Source: Hypanus sabinus (lineage: Eukaryota). Taken from it: a stretch of 64,000 bases of DNA. The translations under genes were made by a program, and so were the position numbers. The stretch covers positions 19,778,001-19,842,000 of the forward strand of contig NC_082722.1 in the NCBI RefSeq assembly GCF_030144855.1, given 5' to 3'. Shown one piece after another: positions 38,456-51,689 of the stretch. The notes beneath the pieces were generated by a model. The model saw nothing but the letters and a program-made list of their open reading frames with translations. It was not told where the DNA came from and made no database searches. Within the stretch, counting starts at the first letter, position 1; each line of letters opens with the position of its first letter.

Positions 38456-40559
38456 CGTGATGTAAGAGCTAGGATTTAGGAGATGAAAAAAACAAAGATG
38501 GCCAGAACTGAGAACCGCATCTTCCTCTCGGGACTGTTGGAAGTGGTGTTGTGAAAGTCTAAATATTTATTCATCATCCAAAAGGAAGTTAATTGTACAA
38601 ACTTCAGGATACCATTGACACTGTAACAAAATATAAAGTGCGTCATAGGTAATCCCCTTTCAGTGAAACAACTTAACATTCTGGTACAAACATATTTTCT
38701 CCCATCTGTGTAGACTCCAATGTCGATGAATGTCGATTTATCTAACTTTTGAGAATTTCTCCATCATTCCATTCTCTCTTTTTTCCATTCTCCGTTTCAC
38801 CTTTTCTCTTCTCGGCATGTGCCCATCAGGCTGCCCTCCACCCACGTGCTCCTTCTTCTTCCATTTTGCAGGGTCCACTGTCCTCCGTCTCCGACTCCTT
38901 CATACACCGTTTACCTTTTCCACCCGACACCTCCCAGCTTCTTACGTCATTCCCACCCCAGTCATCCACACAACCTTCGCGCTCACCTGGTTTCACCTGT
39001 CATCTGCTTCCTTCCACGCACCTTTCCACATCTTTATATTCTGAATTCTATTCCCTCATTTTTGGTCTCGATAAAGCGTCTCTGCCAGAAACAGTCGCCG
39101 GTTTATTTGCCTTCTTGCATGTTGCATTACCTAATGAATTCCTTTAGTATTTTGTTTGCATTTTTCAAGATTTCCAGCATCTGCAGCATCTCTAGAGATT
39201 ACTTGTTTCCTTGATTTTACAAATTTACTTTCACATGTTATTTGCACGTGAGGAAACGCCAATAATCACGAAACTAGGAATGCTATCCTTCCCATCGCCC
39301 ATTATCAACTCCATAATAAACACGAGTGTCTGATAATAACCGAGGGGAATTGAACTACCTGAAATACAGAATTGTGACAAATCTGTAATCAGAGAGCCTA
39401 AATGAACAAAGTGCCAACGTTCATTCTATCAGTTATGAGCAGTCCACTGACAACAATGTCCATGTGCATTGGGAACTGTGTTGGCAGGTGTGGCTGAGCA
39501 AACCCCTGTGAGCTCCATAAACGAAACAGGATGCGGCAATCAGACACAGATGACAGAAAATTCGATTGTATTATAATATAGACAATTATTTTGTATTATA
39601 ACGGCTACTTCAAGGATTTCTCTACTATTGTAACTTGATTTTGCTAACTTTCTTTTTAAGTAAGGAAATAAACGCTAATATATAAATAATTAAGGGAAAT
39701 CTTTAAACAACATTGACATTAATTCTGTTCAAGCATACGCAACCTAAAGTTCATTACTTATGAGTACATTTAATTTAATTTACATGTAATTTATTTTACA
39801 ATCGTGTGATTCAATTAGTCACTAAATGCTCGACTAACTGCTGATTTTGGATTACTTCCACAGACTAAAGGAAATGGAGCTGACTAGATGACTTATGCCG
39901 CTGGGCAGATTTCCGATTCGAATTACACACAGGCATCCCAACATCAAAGCAAACATACATTGTATGCAGATTTAAAAACATCAAAGAAGCTGTGAAGCTG
40001 AAATCCGATTGCAGTTCATAGCCATATATTATCAATGAGTGTAGGCCAAAGCATTGCTCCGTTCGTTTCTTGCATCCATCAAGGATTGATGATCGATGTC
40101 ACATATAACATGAAAAAATGATCATTTTGGACCTACGTTTTTCCGATTCATTAGAGACAATTGTCATAAAATAAAACCAAAAAAGAAAATTAAGAAAAGA
40201 ACAGCAATAAGCCATTCCGGCACTGTCCTCTGCCCGGCCATTTAAGGTGATAATGTCTGATATGCTCAATCGTAGTCTCCTCTTCCGGTCTACTGCATAG
40301 CTCCGATGATTCCAAGAAAAACAAACTTACCTTAAACGTTTCCCAACAGTTTTGTCCCTACAGACCTTACAGGATGAATAATAAATCCAGAGATTCGCCA
40401 CCATTGGCGAGGATTTTGTTTTTGACAGGGTGTACCTGCCAATTAAAAATCTATCCTTGCACATTTATATCAACGTTCAACCGAGGGAAATAAAGATCGG
40501 ACGATGTTGGAATTTTCGCAACGCGTTCTCCTGACAACACTTCTCTGCCTGAATTTTGA

Positions 40560-40757
40560 TGCAGAGAGAAACAGAACAGAGATTTCTGATTGGTAGCCCG
40601 ATGAAATCTAAGTCTTTAACTTTGTTTCTCACACTTTTTTCCCTAGAAACATTTACGTTATAACCGAAAGTATCGTGGAATTTGCAGTAATTGCAAGTTG
40701 TTTGTTAAAAAAAATACTCTTTTAACTATGTCAACGATCCCGATGGCTGGGGAAAGA
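40560..40757 (-). pseudogene. Antisense C1-exon relic, copy c (5' part lost in assembly gap)
   Basis: Nucleotide homology to 18190-18390, 27490-27700 and 52810-53015. Confidence 0.45.
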
Positions 40758-40957
40758 NNNNNNNNNNNNNNNNNNNNNNNNNNNNNNNNNNNNNNNNNNN
40801 NNNNNNNNNNNNNNNNNNNNNNNNNNNNNNNNNNNNNNNNNNNNNNNNNNNNNNNNNNNNNNNNNNNNNNNNNNNNNNNNNNNNNNNNNNNNNNNNNNNN
40901 NNNNNNNNNNNNNNNNNNNNNNNNNNNNNNNNNNNNNNNNNNNNNNNNNNNNNNNNN
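40758..40957. other. Assembly gap (200 N)
   Basis: Run of N. Confidence 1.
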
Positions 40958-41640
40958 ATCTAACCTCGAGCCAATATATCGATGTGGCTATAAAGAAGTC
41001 AAGGCAGCGATTATACTTCATTACGTGTTTGAAGAGATGTGGTATGTCAACAAATACACACAAAAACTTCCATAAGTTTACTGTGGAGAGCATTCTGACA
41101 AACTGTGTCACTGTCTGGTATAGGGGAGGGGGGGGGGGGTGGTGGGGAATGGTGGGATACTGCTCAGGAACGAAAGTAGCTGCAGAGTGTCGTAAATTTA
41201 GTCGGCTCCATCTTGGGTGTAAGCCTACAAAATACTCAGCACATCATCAAGGAGCGGTGTCTTCGAAAGGCAGCGTCTATTATTAAAGTCCTGCAACACT
41301 CAGGGCATGCTCTTTTCTCACTGTTACCATCAAGTAGGAGGTACAGAAGCCTGAAGGCACACACTCAGCGATTCAGGAACAGCTTCTTCCCCTCTGACGA
41401 TCGGATTCCTAAATGGACATTGAACCCGTGGTTAGTACCAGTTTCAAAATACTTTTATTTTTGGATGTTTTTAATCTAGCTAATATACATATACTGTAGG
41501 TTAATTTATCTAGTTATTTTATTTATTTATTTTTCGTTTCGTACATTTTGCATTGTATTGAACAGCCGCTGCTAAATTCACAAACATGACGATACATGCC
41601 GGTGAAAGGCCCACTTTCCCAGTTCCTCGTCTTAGTTAAT
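40958..41640 (+). mobile_element. Rex1/Babar LINE 3' fragment
   Basis: AIKKSRQRLYFITCLKRCGMS...FTVESILTNCVTVWY; ALFSLLPSSRRYRSLKAHTQRFRNSFFP. Confidence 0.8.
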
Positions 41641-42229
41641 TTTCATTGTCTGGTATATCACTAATACCACTGCATCCTGGAATTTATTAACAACTTAAAA
41701 ATGCTAACAATTAAACATTTTAGAGATCAAACAATACTGGTACTAGGACCTACCTCTTCAGCACATCACTAGTTGCAGGCTTTTACTCTTGGTTTTAAAC
41801 CTCCATTATCACCGTCAGATTCCTCTAGGAAACCAATTTTGTGTACTTGTGCTCAGTTGTCTGGCTCACTCTGGCTCCCGTGTTACCCAGCATTGTATAC
41901 TAGATTGTGGTACGGGATCGTGCAAAATTCAGTTAAGATATCGTCCACTGTCCTGCCCTCACCAATTTTCTGCATAGCCTCTTCAAAACAACCGAATCAA
42001 GTTTGTGAGAGAGGATTCTCCTTGAGACATCCATGCTTACGGTCACTTTTAGAATATTCGACTTTCTAAATTCTGATAGACTCTGTCCTTCATTCCAGTA
42101 TTTTTCCCAGCACCGATATTTGGCTTGCCAACTGTACTTGCGGGCCTTTTTAAATGGAAGCCAATTAGTCACTTTTCAAGTATCCGGTAGCACATTCCTG
42201 CTCAAAGACGGTACTGATAACTCAGTTAT

Positions 42230-43021
42230 TTAAAACGAGAACCTCGCGGGCGTGAGTCCATTGTGCGGGGCCTATCAGCGCGGCAACTGAGCCCGACGAA
42301 CTAAATAAACGTACAGAATGGTTAAGCGGAGCGGCCATTGTCGGGAAGAGACCAGTGGCGAGGGTACAAGCGACAGGCTTTGGCGAGGTCAGTGTTTAGG
42401 TGGAATTCGTTTTTGGTTTTTCTTTGCAGTTTTTAAGGAATAGAGCGCATGTTGGTAGGATTAGTATTTTGCTCTGTATGTCAGATGTGGGAATCCCGGG
42501 AATCTTCCACTCTCACAGGCCACATCTACGCCATGTGTACCGAGATGCAGCTCCTTACAGACCGTGTTAGGGATCTAAAGCTGTGGATCGATGAACTAAA
42601 GCTTATGAGAGAGAGTGAACAGGAGAAACAGGAGGTACAAGGAGCTAGTCACACCGAGGCTGCATGAGTTAGATAAGTGTGTGACGGTCAGGGAAGCGAG
42701 TGGAAGAGCTCAATTAGTAGAGAGCACCCCTGTGGCCATCCCCCTCAGCAATCGTTCTCTCGTTTTGGAAGCGGTTGAGGGGGATGACTTGACAGAGAAC
42801 GACCACGGCAATTGGGTCTATGGCACTGTGCCTGGTTCCGTGGTACAGAAGGGAAAGAGGAAGATGAAGAATGCAATAATCAAAGGGTTTTCCATAGTGA
42901 AAGGAACAGACAGCCGGTGGTGTTAGCCTGATAGAGGTACCTGAATAGTGGGTTGCCATCCTGGTGCGAGGGTACGGGATGTCTCAGATTGGGTACAGAG
43001 TATTCTGAAGGGAGAGGGAGG
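42230..43021 (+). mobile_element. CR1 5' UTR and ORF1 (Zn-knuckle/coiled-coil, SGNH esterase start)
   Basis: CSVCQMW...LLTDRVRDL; STPVAIPLSNR; NAIIKGFSIVKGTDSRWC (degenerate GDS motif). Confidence 0.8.
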
Positions 43022-46000
43022 AGTTGTAATGTTTGATGGCCACAGGTAGGAATGACTTCCTCTGACGCTCAGTGTTACATCTCGTTAGAATCATTCTCTG
43101 GCTCAATGTACCCCTGTGCCTAACCAGAACATTATGGAGTGGATGGGAGTCATTGTCCAAGATGGCATGCAACTCGGACAGTATCCTCTTTTCAGACACC
43201 ACCGTCAGAGAGTCCAGTTCCACCACCACAACATCACTGGCCTTACGAATGAATTTGTTGATTCTGTTGGTGTCTGCTACCCTCACCTGCTGCCCCAGCA
43301 CACAACCGCAAACATGATAGCACTGGCCACCACAGCCTCATAGAACATCCTCAGCATCGTCCGGCAGATGTTAATAGACCTCAGTCTCCCCAGGAGGGAA
43401 AGACGGCTCTGACCCTTCTTGTAGACAGCTTCAGTGTTCTTTGACCAGTCCAGTTTATTGTATATTCTTATCCTCAGGTAGTTGTAATCCTCCACTATGT
43501 CCGCACTGACCCCTTGGATGGACAAAGGGATCACCGTTGCCTTATCCCTCCTCAGGTCCACATCATCTCCTTAGTTATTTTCACATTAAGCTGCAGATGA
43601 TTTTGCTTACACCATGTGACAAAGTCTCCCACCTAGCCCTATACTCAGCCTCATCTCCCTTGCTGATGCATCCAACTATGGCAGAGTCATCAGAAAACTT
43701 CTGAAGATGGCAAGACTCTGTGTTGTATTTGAAGTCAGAGGTGTAGATGGTAAAGAGAAAGGGAGACAGGACAGTCCCCTGTGGAGCCCCTGTGCTGCTG
43801 ACCACACTGTCTGACACACTGTGTTGCAAGCACACGTACTGTGGTCTGCCAGTCAGGTAATCAATAATGCATGACATCAGGGAAGCATCCACCTGCATCT
43901 CTGTCAGCTTCTCACCCAGCAGAGCTGGGTGATGGTGTTGAACGCAATGGAGAAGTCAAAAAGCATGACCCACACAGTGCTCGCCTGCTTGTTCAGGTGG
44001 GCGTAGACACCATTCAGCAGGTAGACGATGGCATCCTTAACTCCTAGTCGGGGCTGATAGGCGAACTGGAGGGGGTCTAAGTGTGGCCTAACCATAGGCC
44101 GGAGCTGCTCCAGAACAAGTCTTTCCAGGGTCTTCATGATGTGGGAGGTCAATGCCACCGGTCTGTAGTCATTGGAGCCAATGGGGCGCAGCGAATTCGG
44201 TACAGGAACGAGGCAGGACGACTTCCACAGCACAGGAACCGTCTGGAGCCTCAGGCTCTGGTTGAAGACACGGTGCAGTATTGCACATAGCTTGAGGGCA
44301 CTGGCTTTGTGCACCCTGGGGCTGACAGCATCCGGGCCTGCAACCTTGCTTGGGTAGAGACGTTCCAGCTGTCTTCTCACCTGTTCAGCTGTGAATCCCA
44401 CCATTGTGGTTTCAGGTGAAGGAGGGGTGTAGTCACGGAAGCAGGGTGGGGGGTTGTGAGCAACGGTAGGAGAGGAGAGTGGAGTATGTGCTGGTTGGGG
44501 GCCGACAACAGATGAACCGTGTGGGGGATGGTCAGGGCCCACAGTGTCAAATCTGTTGAAGAACAGGTTAAGTTCGTTGGCCCTGTCCTCACTGCCTTCA
44601 GCTCCTCTGTTCCTGGTTTGCCGGCACCCAGTGATTGTCCTCATCCCACGCCGAACCTCTCTCAAGTTGTTCTGGGGAGTTTCCACTCAAGCTTCCTCAT
44701 ATACCTGACTTTAGCCTCCCTGGTATTAGCTTTCAGGTCCCTCTGTATTGTCCTCAGCTCCTCTCTATTCCCATTTCTGAACGTCTTCTTTTTAGCGTTC
44801 AGGATGTCAACAACGTCCTTTGTTACCCATGGCTTGTTATTTGAATAACAAAGGAAAGTTCTTGACGGAACATTACAGTCCACACAGAAGTTGATGTAAC
44901 CAGTGGAGGCACTCTGTGAGCCTATCAATGTCCTCTCCATGTGGCTCACAGAGCGCCTGCCGGTCTGTCGCCTCAAAACAATCCTGGAGTGCCTCATAAG
45001 CCTCCCCCGACCATTTCCTCAGTGACCTCGAGGTTGCAGATTTATTCTTCACCAGAGGCACGTAGCAGGGTTTGAGATGTTCCGGGTAGTGATCTGACCT
45101 TCCAAGTTCGGGGATGGGAGATGAGCTGTAAGCATCCTTAACGTTAGCGTACATCAAGTCCAGGCTCCGCTCTCATTTGTTTGTACATCGCACATACTGC
45201 GTGAAGTTGGGCAGTGTTCTAGCCATGGTAACATGGTTGAAGTCACCCGAGATGGTAATGAGGGCACTCGGGTGCTGGGTTTGTAGTCCGGCTATGACGG
45301 TGTGAAGGATGTAACACGCTGACGTCGGGTTGGCAGAGGGAGGGTTATACATAACAACCACAATTGCATGTGAGATTTCCCATGTTAAATAATATGGCAG
45401 GAGTCCAACAGCAAAAAGTTCAATATCCGGGCTACAAACACGTTCCTTGATCGTAATATGACCGGGATTGCACCATCTGCTGTTAACCAGAACAGCAAGC
45501 CCCCCTCCTTTACGCTTATTGCTCTCAGTGCAATTCCGATCGGCCCGAACGGTCTTGAAGCCCTCTATGGAAACGTTTTGGTCGGGTATGTCGGGTATGA
45601 CAGCCGCGTTTCAGTAAAACACATAACACTGCTGTCCTGAACAGTCCTCTGACTCCTGACTAGCCCTGTCAACTGGTCCATTCTATTACCCAGCGATCTC
45701 ACATTGCCCATAATGAGAGAGGGGAGACACGGTTTATAACTCCTCTTCTCCAATAGTCTCTGCTGTCTCAACCCGGTCCTCCCCCCTCGCCTTTTTGATC
45801 CCCCTCTGCATTCTCTGTTTGTTTTCCTACAGATTTCAGCAGGGGTATCAGCCGCTCTATTCGCTACACCGGCCGGTTTAAGCGCAATCAGCTGGTCCCT
45901 AGAATATACTATGCGACCATGCTGTTGTTCCGCATGGCAAGAAATGTTGGAATGTAAATGCTAAAAACCAGAATAAAATTCTCTCCACCAGCATTTTTGA

Positions 46001-46115
46001 GAGGGTGCAGCTTCGACGTGTTACCGTGAAAGAAAAAAAAATGCAACAAATAACTTAAGTTAGAAAAGTAAGAGAACTAGTCGGAGTGGTTGCAGCAGGC
46101 TGCATGCACGGCCAG
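43022..46115 (-). mobile_element. Near full-length Rex1/Babar LINE (APE + RT, frameshifted)
   Basis: LIMGNVRSLGNRMD...MCFTETRL (APE); NDYRPVALTSHIMKTLERLVL...LDPLQFAYQ; GAPQGTVLSPFLFTIYT...QKFSDD (RT). Confidence 0.9.
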
Positions 46116-46119
46116 CGCA

Positions 46120-49100
46120 TGCGCACAATAATAAGTAGAATGTTCAAGGGGAGGCTTTTTAGAAAAGCTTTCTGTTCAGCCCTCTGGGGGATCGGTTGTG
46201 CCGGATTAGTTGTTGTGCAATGATACGGAGGTGGTAAGAGAGCTTAATGTTAAGGAACCCTTAGGGAACAGAGTTCACAACTCTTTGAAATTTGAGAGAG
46301 GAAAATAACATCCAGTGTGTCAGTATTTTAGTGGAAGAAAGGAAATTACAATGGCATGAGAGGTGATTTGGTCGAAGTTGACTGGAAAGGGACATTTGTA
46401 GGAGGGAGAGCAGAGCAGCAATGGCTGGAGTTGCTGCAAAAACCGCAAGACATATATATCCTTCGTAAGAAGAAATTTTCAAAGGGACGAAGGACAGTAC
46501 CGTGGCTGTCAAGTGAAGCCAGAGCCAAAGTAAAAGGGAAAGAGTGGGCATACAAGGACACCACAGCTATTGGTGTCTTTTGAAAACTTGCAGAAGGAAA
46601 CCAAGAAGGTCATGAGGAAGGAAGAGATGTATTATTAACGGAAGCTAGTGAGTAATATCAATGGAGAATCTAAAAGTTTTTTTTAAGTATATAAAGTGTA
46701 AACGAGAGTCGAGGTTAGATATGGGACCAATACAAAATAACGCTGGGGATATTGTAATGAGACAGGTAGAGATAGCAGAAGTATTGCATGCATATTTTTC
46801 ATCAGTCTTCACAGTGGAAGCCGGCTGCAGAATATCGGACATACAAAAGTGTCATGGAAGTGAAATCTATGCAGTGCAAATTACGACTGAAAAGGTGCTC
46901 GGGAAGTTTAAAGATCTGAGCGTGGATAAATCTCCTGGACCGGATAGAATGCACCCTGACGTTCTGAAGGAAGTTGCTGGAGAGATTGCGGAGGCATTAA
47001 CAATGATCTTTCAAGAATCGATAGATCTGGCATTGTACTGGATGACTGGAAAATTGTAAATGTTACTCCGCTATTTAAAAAGTGCGGGAGACAGTGGAAA
47101 GGAAACTATAGACATGTTAGCCTGACATCAATGGATGGAAAGTTGCAGGAATCGATTGTTAGGAACGAGATTACGGAGTACCTGCAGGCACATGACATGA
47201 TAGGCCAAAGACCATGGTTTCCTGAAAGGAAAATCCTTCCAGACAAGCCTGCTGCAATTCTTTGAAGAAATTACAAGTAGCGTAGATGCAATAAACGTGA
47301 TTTTCAAGAGGCCTTTGACAAGATTCCGCACATGAGGCTGCTTAGCAAGATAAGAGCCCATGGAATTGCAGGAAAGTTGTTAGCATGGATGGATTAGCTG
47401 GTCGGTATAAAACAGGGAATGGGAATTAAGGTATCCTACTCTGGCTGGCTGCTGGTTACCAGAAGAGCTCCCCAGGGGTTCACGTTGGGACAGCTGCTTT
47501 TTATGCCACATGTCAATGATTTGGACGACAGCATTAATAGATTTGTGGCTAAATTTGCCGATGATACAAAGGTAGGTGGAGGAGTGGGTAGTGCTGAGGA
47601 AACAGACAGCCTGCAGAGAGGCTTAGTTGGATTAGGAGAATGGGCAAAGAAGGTGCAAATGAAATACCATGTTGGAAAGCGCATGGTCATAGACTTTCGG
47701 GGAAGAATTCAACAGGCAGACCAGTATTTAGGTGGTGAGATAATTCAAAATGCAGACATGCAAAGGGACTTGGGAGTCCTTGCACAAGATACCCTAAAGG
47801 TTAAATTCCAGGTTGAGTCGGTTTTGAAGAAAGCGCAGCCAATGGTGGCATTCATTTCTGGAGGTATAGAGTATAAGAGCAGGGGTGTGATGTTAAGGGT
47901 CTATAAGGCACTCGTGACATCAGGCGGAGTATTGTCTGCAGCTTTGGGCTCCTTATTTTGGAAATGATATACTGGCATTGGAGATAATGCAGAGACGATT
48001 TACGAGAATGATTCCAGGAATGAAAGGTTTACCGCATGAGGAACGTCTGACAGGTCTTGGGCTGTATTCTCTTCATCAGTCAATGAAGGTGAATGAGCAA
48101 GTGCAACAGGCAGTGAAGAGGGCAAATGGAATGTTGGCCTTTATTACAAGGAGAATTGAGTACAAGAGCAAGGATGTCCTTTTGCATTTGTACAGGGCCC
48201 TGGTGAGACCACACCTGGAATATTGTGTACAGTTTTGGTCCCCAGGTTTAAGGAAGGACATTCTGGCAATTGAGGAAGTGCAGCGTAGATTCACTAGGTT
48301 GATTCCTGGGATGGCACGGCTGTCTTACGCAGAGAGATTGGAGAGATTGGGCTTGTACACACTGGAATTGAGGAGATTGAGAGGGGATCTGATTGAAACG
48401 TTTAAGATAATCAAAGGATTTGATAGGATTGAGACAGGAAATATGTTCAGATGCTGGGAGAGTCCAGTACCAGAGGGCATGGATTGAGAATAAGAGGTCA
48501 GTTATTTAAAACAGAGTTGAGGAAGAACTTCTTCTCCCAGAGAGTTGCGGAGGTGTGGAATGCACTGCCTCGGAAGACTGTGGAGGCCAATTCTCTGGAT
48601 GCTTTCAAGAAGGAGCTAGATAGATATCTGATGGATAGGGGAATCAAGGGATATGGGGACAAGGCAGGGACTGGGTATTGCTAGTGATTGATCAGCCATG
48701 ATCTCAGAATGGCGGTGCAGACTCGAAGGGCCGAATGGTCTACTTCTGCACCTATTGTCTATTGTCTATTGTCTATTGAGGGGGGATCTCATGGAAACGT
48801 TCCGAATGTTAAAAGGCTTGAACAGATTAGATATGGCAATGTTATTTCTCACGCTAGGGGAATCTGGTACAATAGGGCACGACTTCAGGATTTAAGGATG
48901 TCTAATTAAAACTGAGATGCGGAACATTTTCTTCAGTCAGACGGTGGTATATCTGTGTATTTTGTTGGCACGAGCGGCTTTGGAGTTTCAGTAATCAGGG
49001 GTACTTAAGGCAGAGATAGACAGGTTCTTGATTAGCTGGGTCATCAAACGGTATGGGGAGAAGGCAGCGGAGTTGGGGTGACTGGAAGAATTGCATCAGC

Positions 49101-49170
49101 TCACGATTGTAAGGCGGAGGAGACTCGATGAGCCGGATAGTCTACTGCTCCAGTATCTTCTGGTCTTATG
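46120..49170 (+). mobile_element. Old CR1 ORF2, paralog of 21085-24425
   Basis: RT motifs and the same downstream junction sequence as 24400-24540. Confidence 0.85.
48072..48778 (+). mobile_element. Young CR1 3' end nested in the old CR1
   Basis: Closely matches 3205-3910, including the (CTATTGT)n tail. Confidence 0.9.
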
Positions 49171-51124
49171 GTCCTACAGTCTCAGCAAAAAAATTGCGGA
49201 GCAGACACCATCTTCAAAATGCCCACAATCTGCTCCTATATCTTATGGTATTACAGTCTTATGGCTGATTATCTTGATCTGCATCCTGGTTTTCTGGCCT
49301 ACCTGTGACCCTTTCTGCCCACTTCTGCTTGAAAATTTGCCTGAATGATGGGTGGCTGGGGTAGATTTCCCATCGCGAATCATTTATTGGCTTTGTTCAC
49401 CCAGGTCACTTTGCATCTTAAATCCTTCGAACTTCCCACTCACAAATACTGTTTGTACTTCTACATGTCAAGTAATAGTGCCGAATGTCATATCTTATTA
49501 TTAACACCCAAAATGTTGACAGTGGGAGGTTGCCTAACACAGCAAAAATGCTGAAGGTTATGGACACAGCTCAGTTCATCAGGAAACCAACCGCCCATCT
49601 ATGTATTCTGTATACAGTTGGCATCACTGTTCCCTCTAATATTCGCTGGTGCGCCCCCGCGTGGTAACTGAAGCGCTCCCGCACACATTGCTAATATAAT
49701 TTTGAATCTATGTAAATATAATTATGAAATACCCTGTAATTTATTGTGTTGGTGTATACAATCTATTTGTTTTCCAATTAATAAACGTACCAAAAACCAT
49801 TACCGTGTAACGTTTTAGAGCTTCAGCGTATTACATTGTCATTGTTTCAAATTGGAACGGTGTTAGAAATTGTAACAGTCAACTCAGAGTGGAAATTGGT
49901 AGTTGAATGTTAATAAACCGCCAGTTCATACATAATCTTTTTACAAGCCATGGCAAAATTTCCTGCTTGAAGCAATTGTTGGTCCTTGCTGCCGTTAACA
50001 GATAAGTCGAGGGAGCGTTGCTTCCCTTCCCCTAAGAAAAGAAACCAGGCTAATCAAGGGCATATCTTCTTCGAAGACTGACGAAGGGTTTCGACGCGAA
50101 GCGTCAATTGTTCATACCTCTCCATATATCAGGGGTTTTCAACCATTTTATGCCTCGGACCACCACCATTAACGGAGGTTGGGAGCCCCTGTCAGAGATG
50201 GCGCATGACCTGCTGAGTTCCTCCAGCATTTTGTGGTTGCTGCACTGGATTTCAGAAATTCTTGTGACTTCCTCTGTCATGAGTACTAATAGGCTATAGT
50301 GGAGGGATATTAGAATCCTTGATGCTGAAAGGGATTTTACGGTGCACGTAACAACGACACCTCAGGATCCAAATAAGAAAGCGTTTAGCCTCCTTGCCCT
50401 GTTGGAAATATATTGACAAGATCTGGGACATCATGTTGTACCTGTAGACAATGGCTAGGCCGGTCATGGAGTGCCGTGTGTGCTTCCCAACCCAGAGAAC
50501 ACGTAGTAGATTTAGGACGATTGCAAAAGAGATTCTCTGGGATATTGCCTGGAATGGAATGTTTTTGTGGCATGGAGAGATTCGATAGACATGGACTGTT
50601 TACTGTGGAGTACAGGTGACTGCGGGATCAATTTATGAATTAGAAGAAAAATCAATTGTTATGGACATAAATATACAAGATGTTCACAGCTGTTCTCTCA
50701 ATAAAGGGGATCCAAATCTGGAAGATATAGTTGTGAACTAAGAGAGAAAAAAGTTAAAGCGGAACTGGACACGGCATGCTTTTCTAATGGACAGAGGACG
50801 GCAGGTATATAGAACAAGCTGTTAGCGGAAGTGCTATCGTGCTGGAGGTAGGTAAAAACGGCTACGTAAATGTTTTCATTCTGAATGGATGAAACATGTG
50901 GAACAGCCCACTGCCGTGATGCAGTCCAGGATTCAATGTTTTATACCAGGTGAAGATCTACAGCAAACTCCTCGTGCAGGTTAACAGGAAATTACTAATA
51001 GCAGGGAATAGAAAAGCAATAACGGGCCCGTTGATTATATCATGGAAAGCCTTTGTGGTGGAAATTTACATGTGTCTCAGAAATCGATTTGCGGAATGTT
51101 GGCTTTTTTTAAAAAGCTTGACGT

Positions 51125-51246
51125 TTAGGTTACAGACAATGGATTTTTTAATATATATAAAGTGTCTCCAAAACCTCTTCCTCGCAACTGAATATTTCCT
51201 ATGCTTTTCTGCGATATCCGTGTTTCGATTCTACGGCGTGTGCCTT
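51125..51246 (-). pseudogene. Antisense terminal exon relic, copy d
   Basis: Acceptor cttctcattattctctttgcag; EGTRRRIETRISQKSIGNIQLRGRGFGDTLYILKNPLSVT*. Confidence 0.45.
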
Positions 51247-51689
51247 CTGCAAAGAGAATAATGAGAAGCTTCATCACAATGTTTTAAGTTTTAATCTTTA
51301 AGCGTATTAATTCCTGACAGCATTCCAAGCGTGAACGCTTAAACCATGAGCGACTATTTGGCGAATGATTGCGGTTTATTTTCGTTTAAAGCAAAAAAAT
51401 AATGAAATGTGGTCGGATACAGACGTCAGATCGCACAGCGAAGCAAAGAAGTGGCCATTTTATGAATAAAAGGATATTATTTGAGGAATTGATTTCACAA
51501 CCGAGCTAGGTTCTACGCTGACATAGCTATGTAAATTACTTTGAAGTGTTGTCAAACTTGTACTAAGATGGGTGAAGAAATCAGTTTGTTTCGAATCGAA
51601 AAATTTAAATCTAAATGGAATTAAACAACTTAAAAAATATAGCTTCATTACTTCCCTTCAGAGCCACGAACTGTGAGGCAACACTTCAC

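Noticed and set aside
40364-40377. Alternative short-tail last exon (DLTG*; paralog VFGG* at 16099-16112)
   Set aside because: The same GGA TGA in both copies is suggestive, but it lies inside the antisense relic and could reflect duplication alone. Not excluded; 3' RACE would decide.
2484-48684. Long ORFs with RT/endonuclease similarity (e.g. 2484-3071, 43904-44686, 47419-48487) as host genes
   Set aside because: They are frameshifted CR1 and Rex1/Babar fragments with LINE 3' UTRs and tails.
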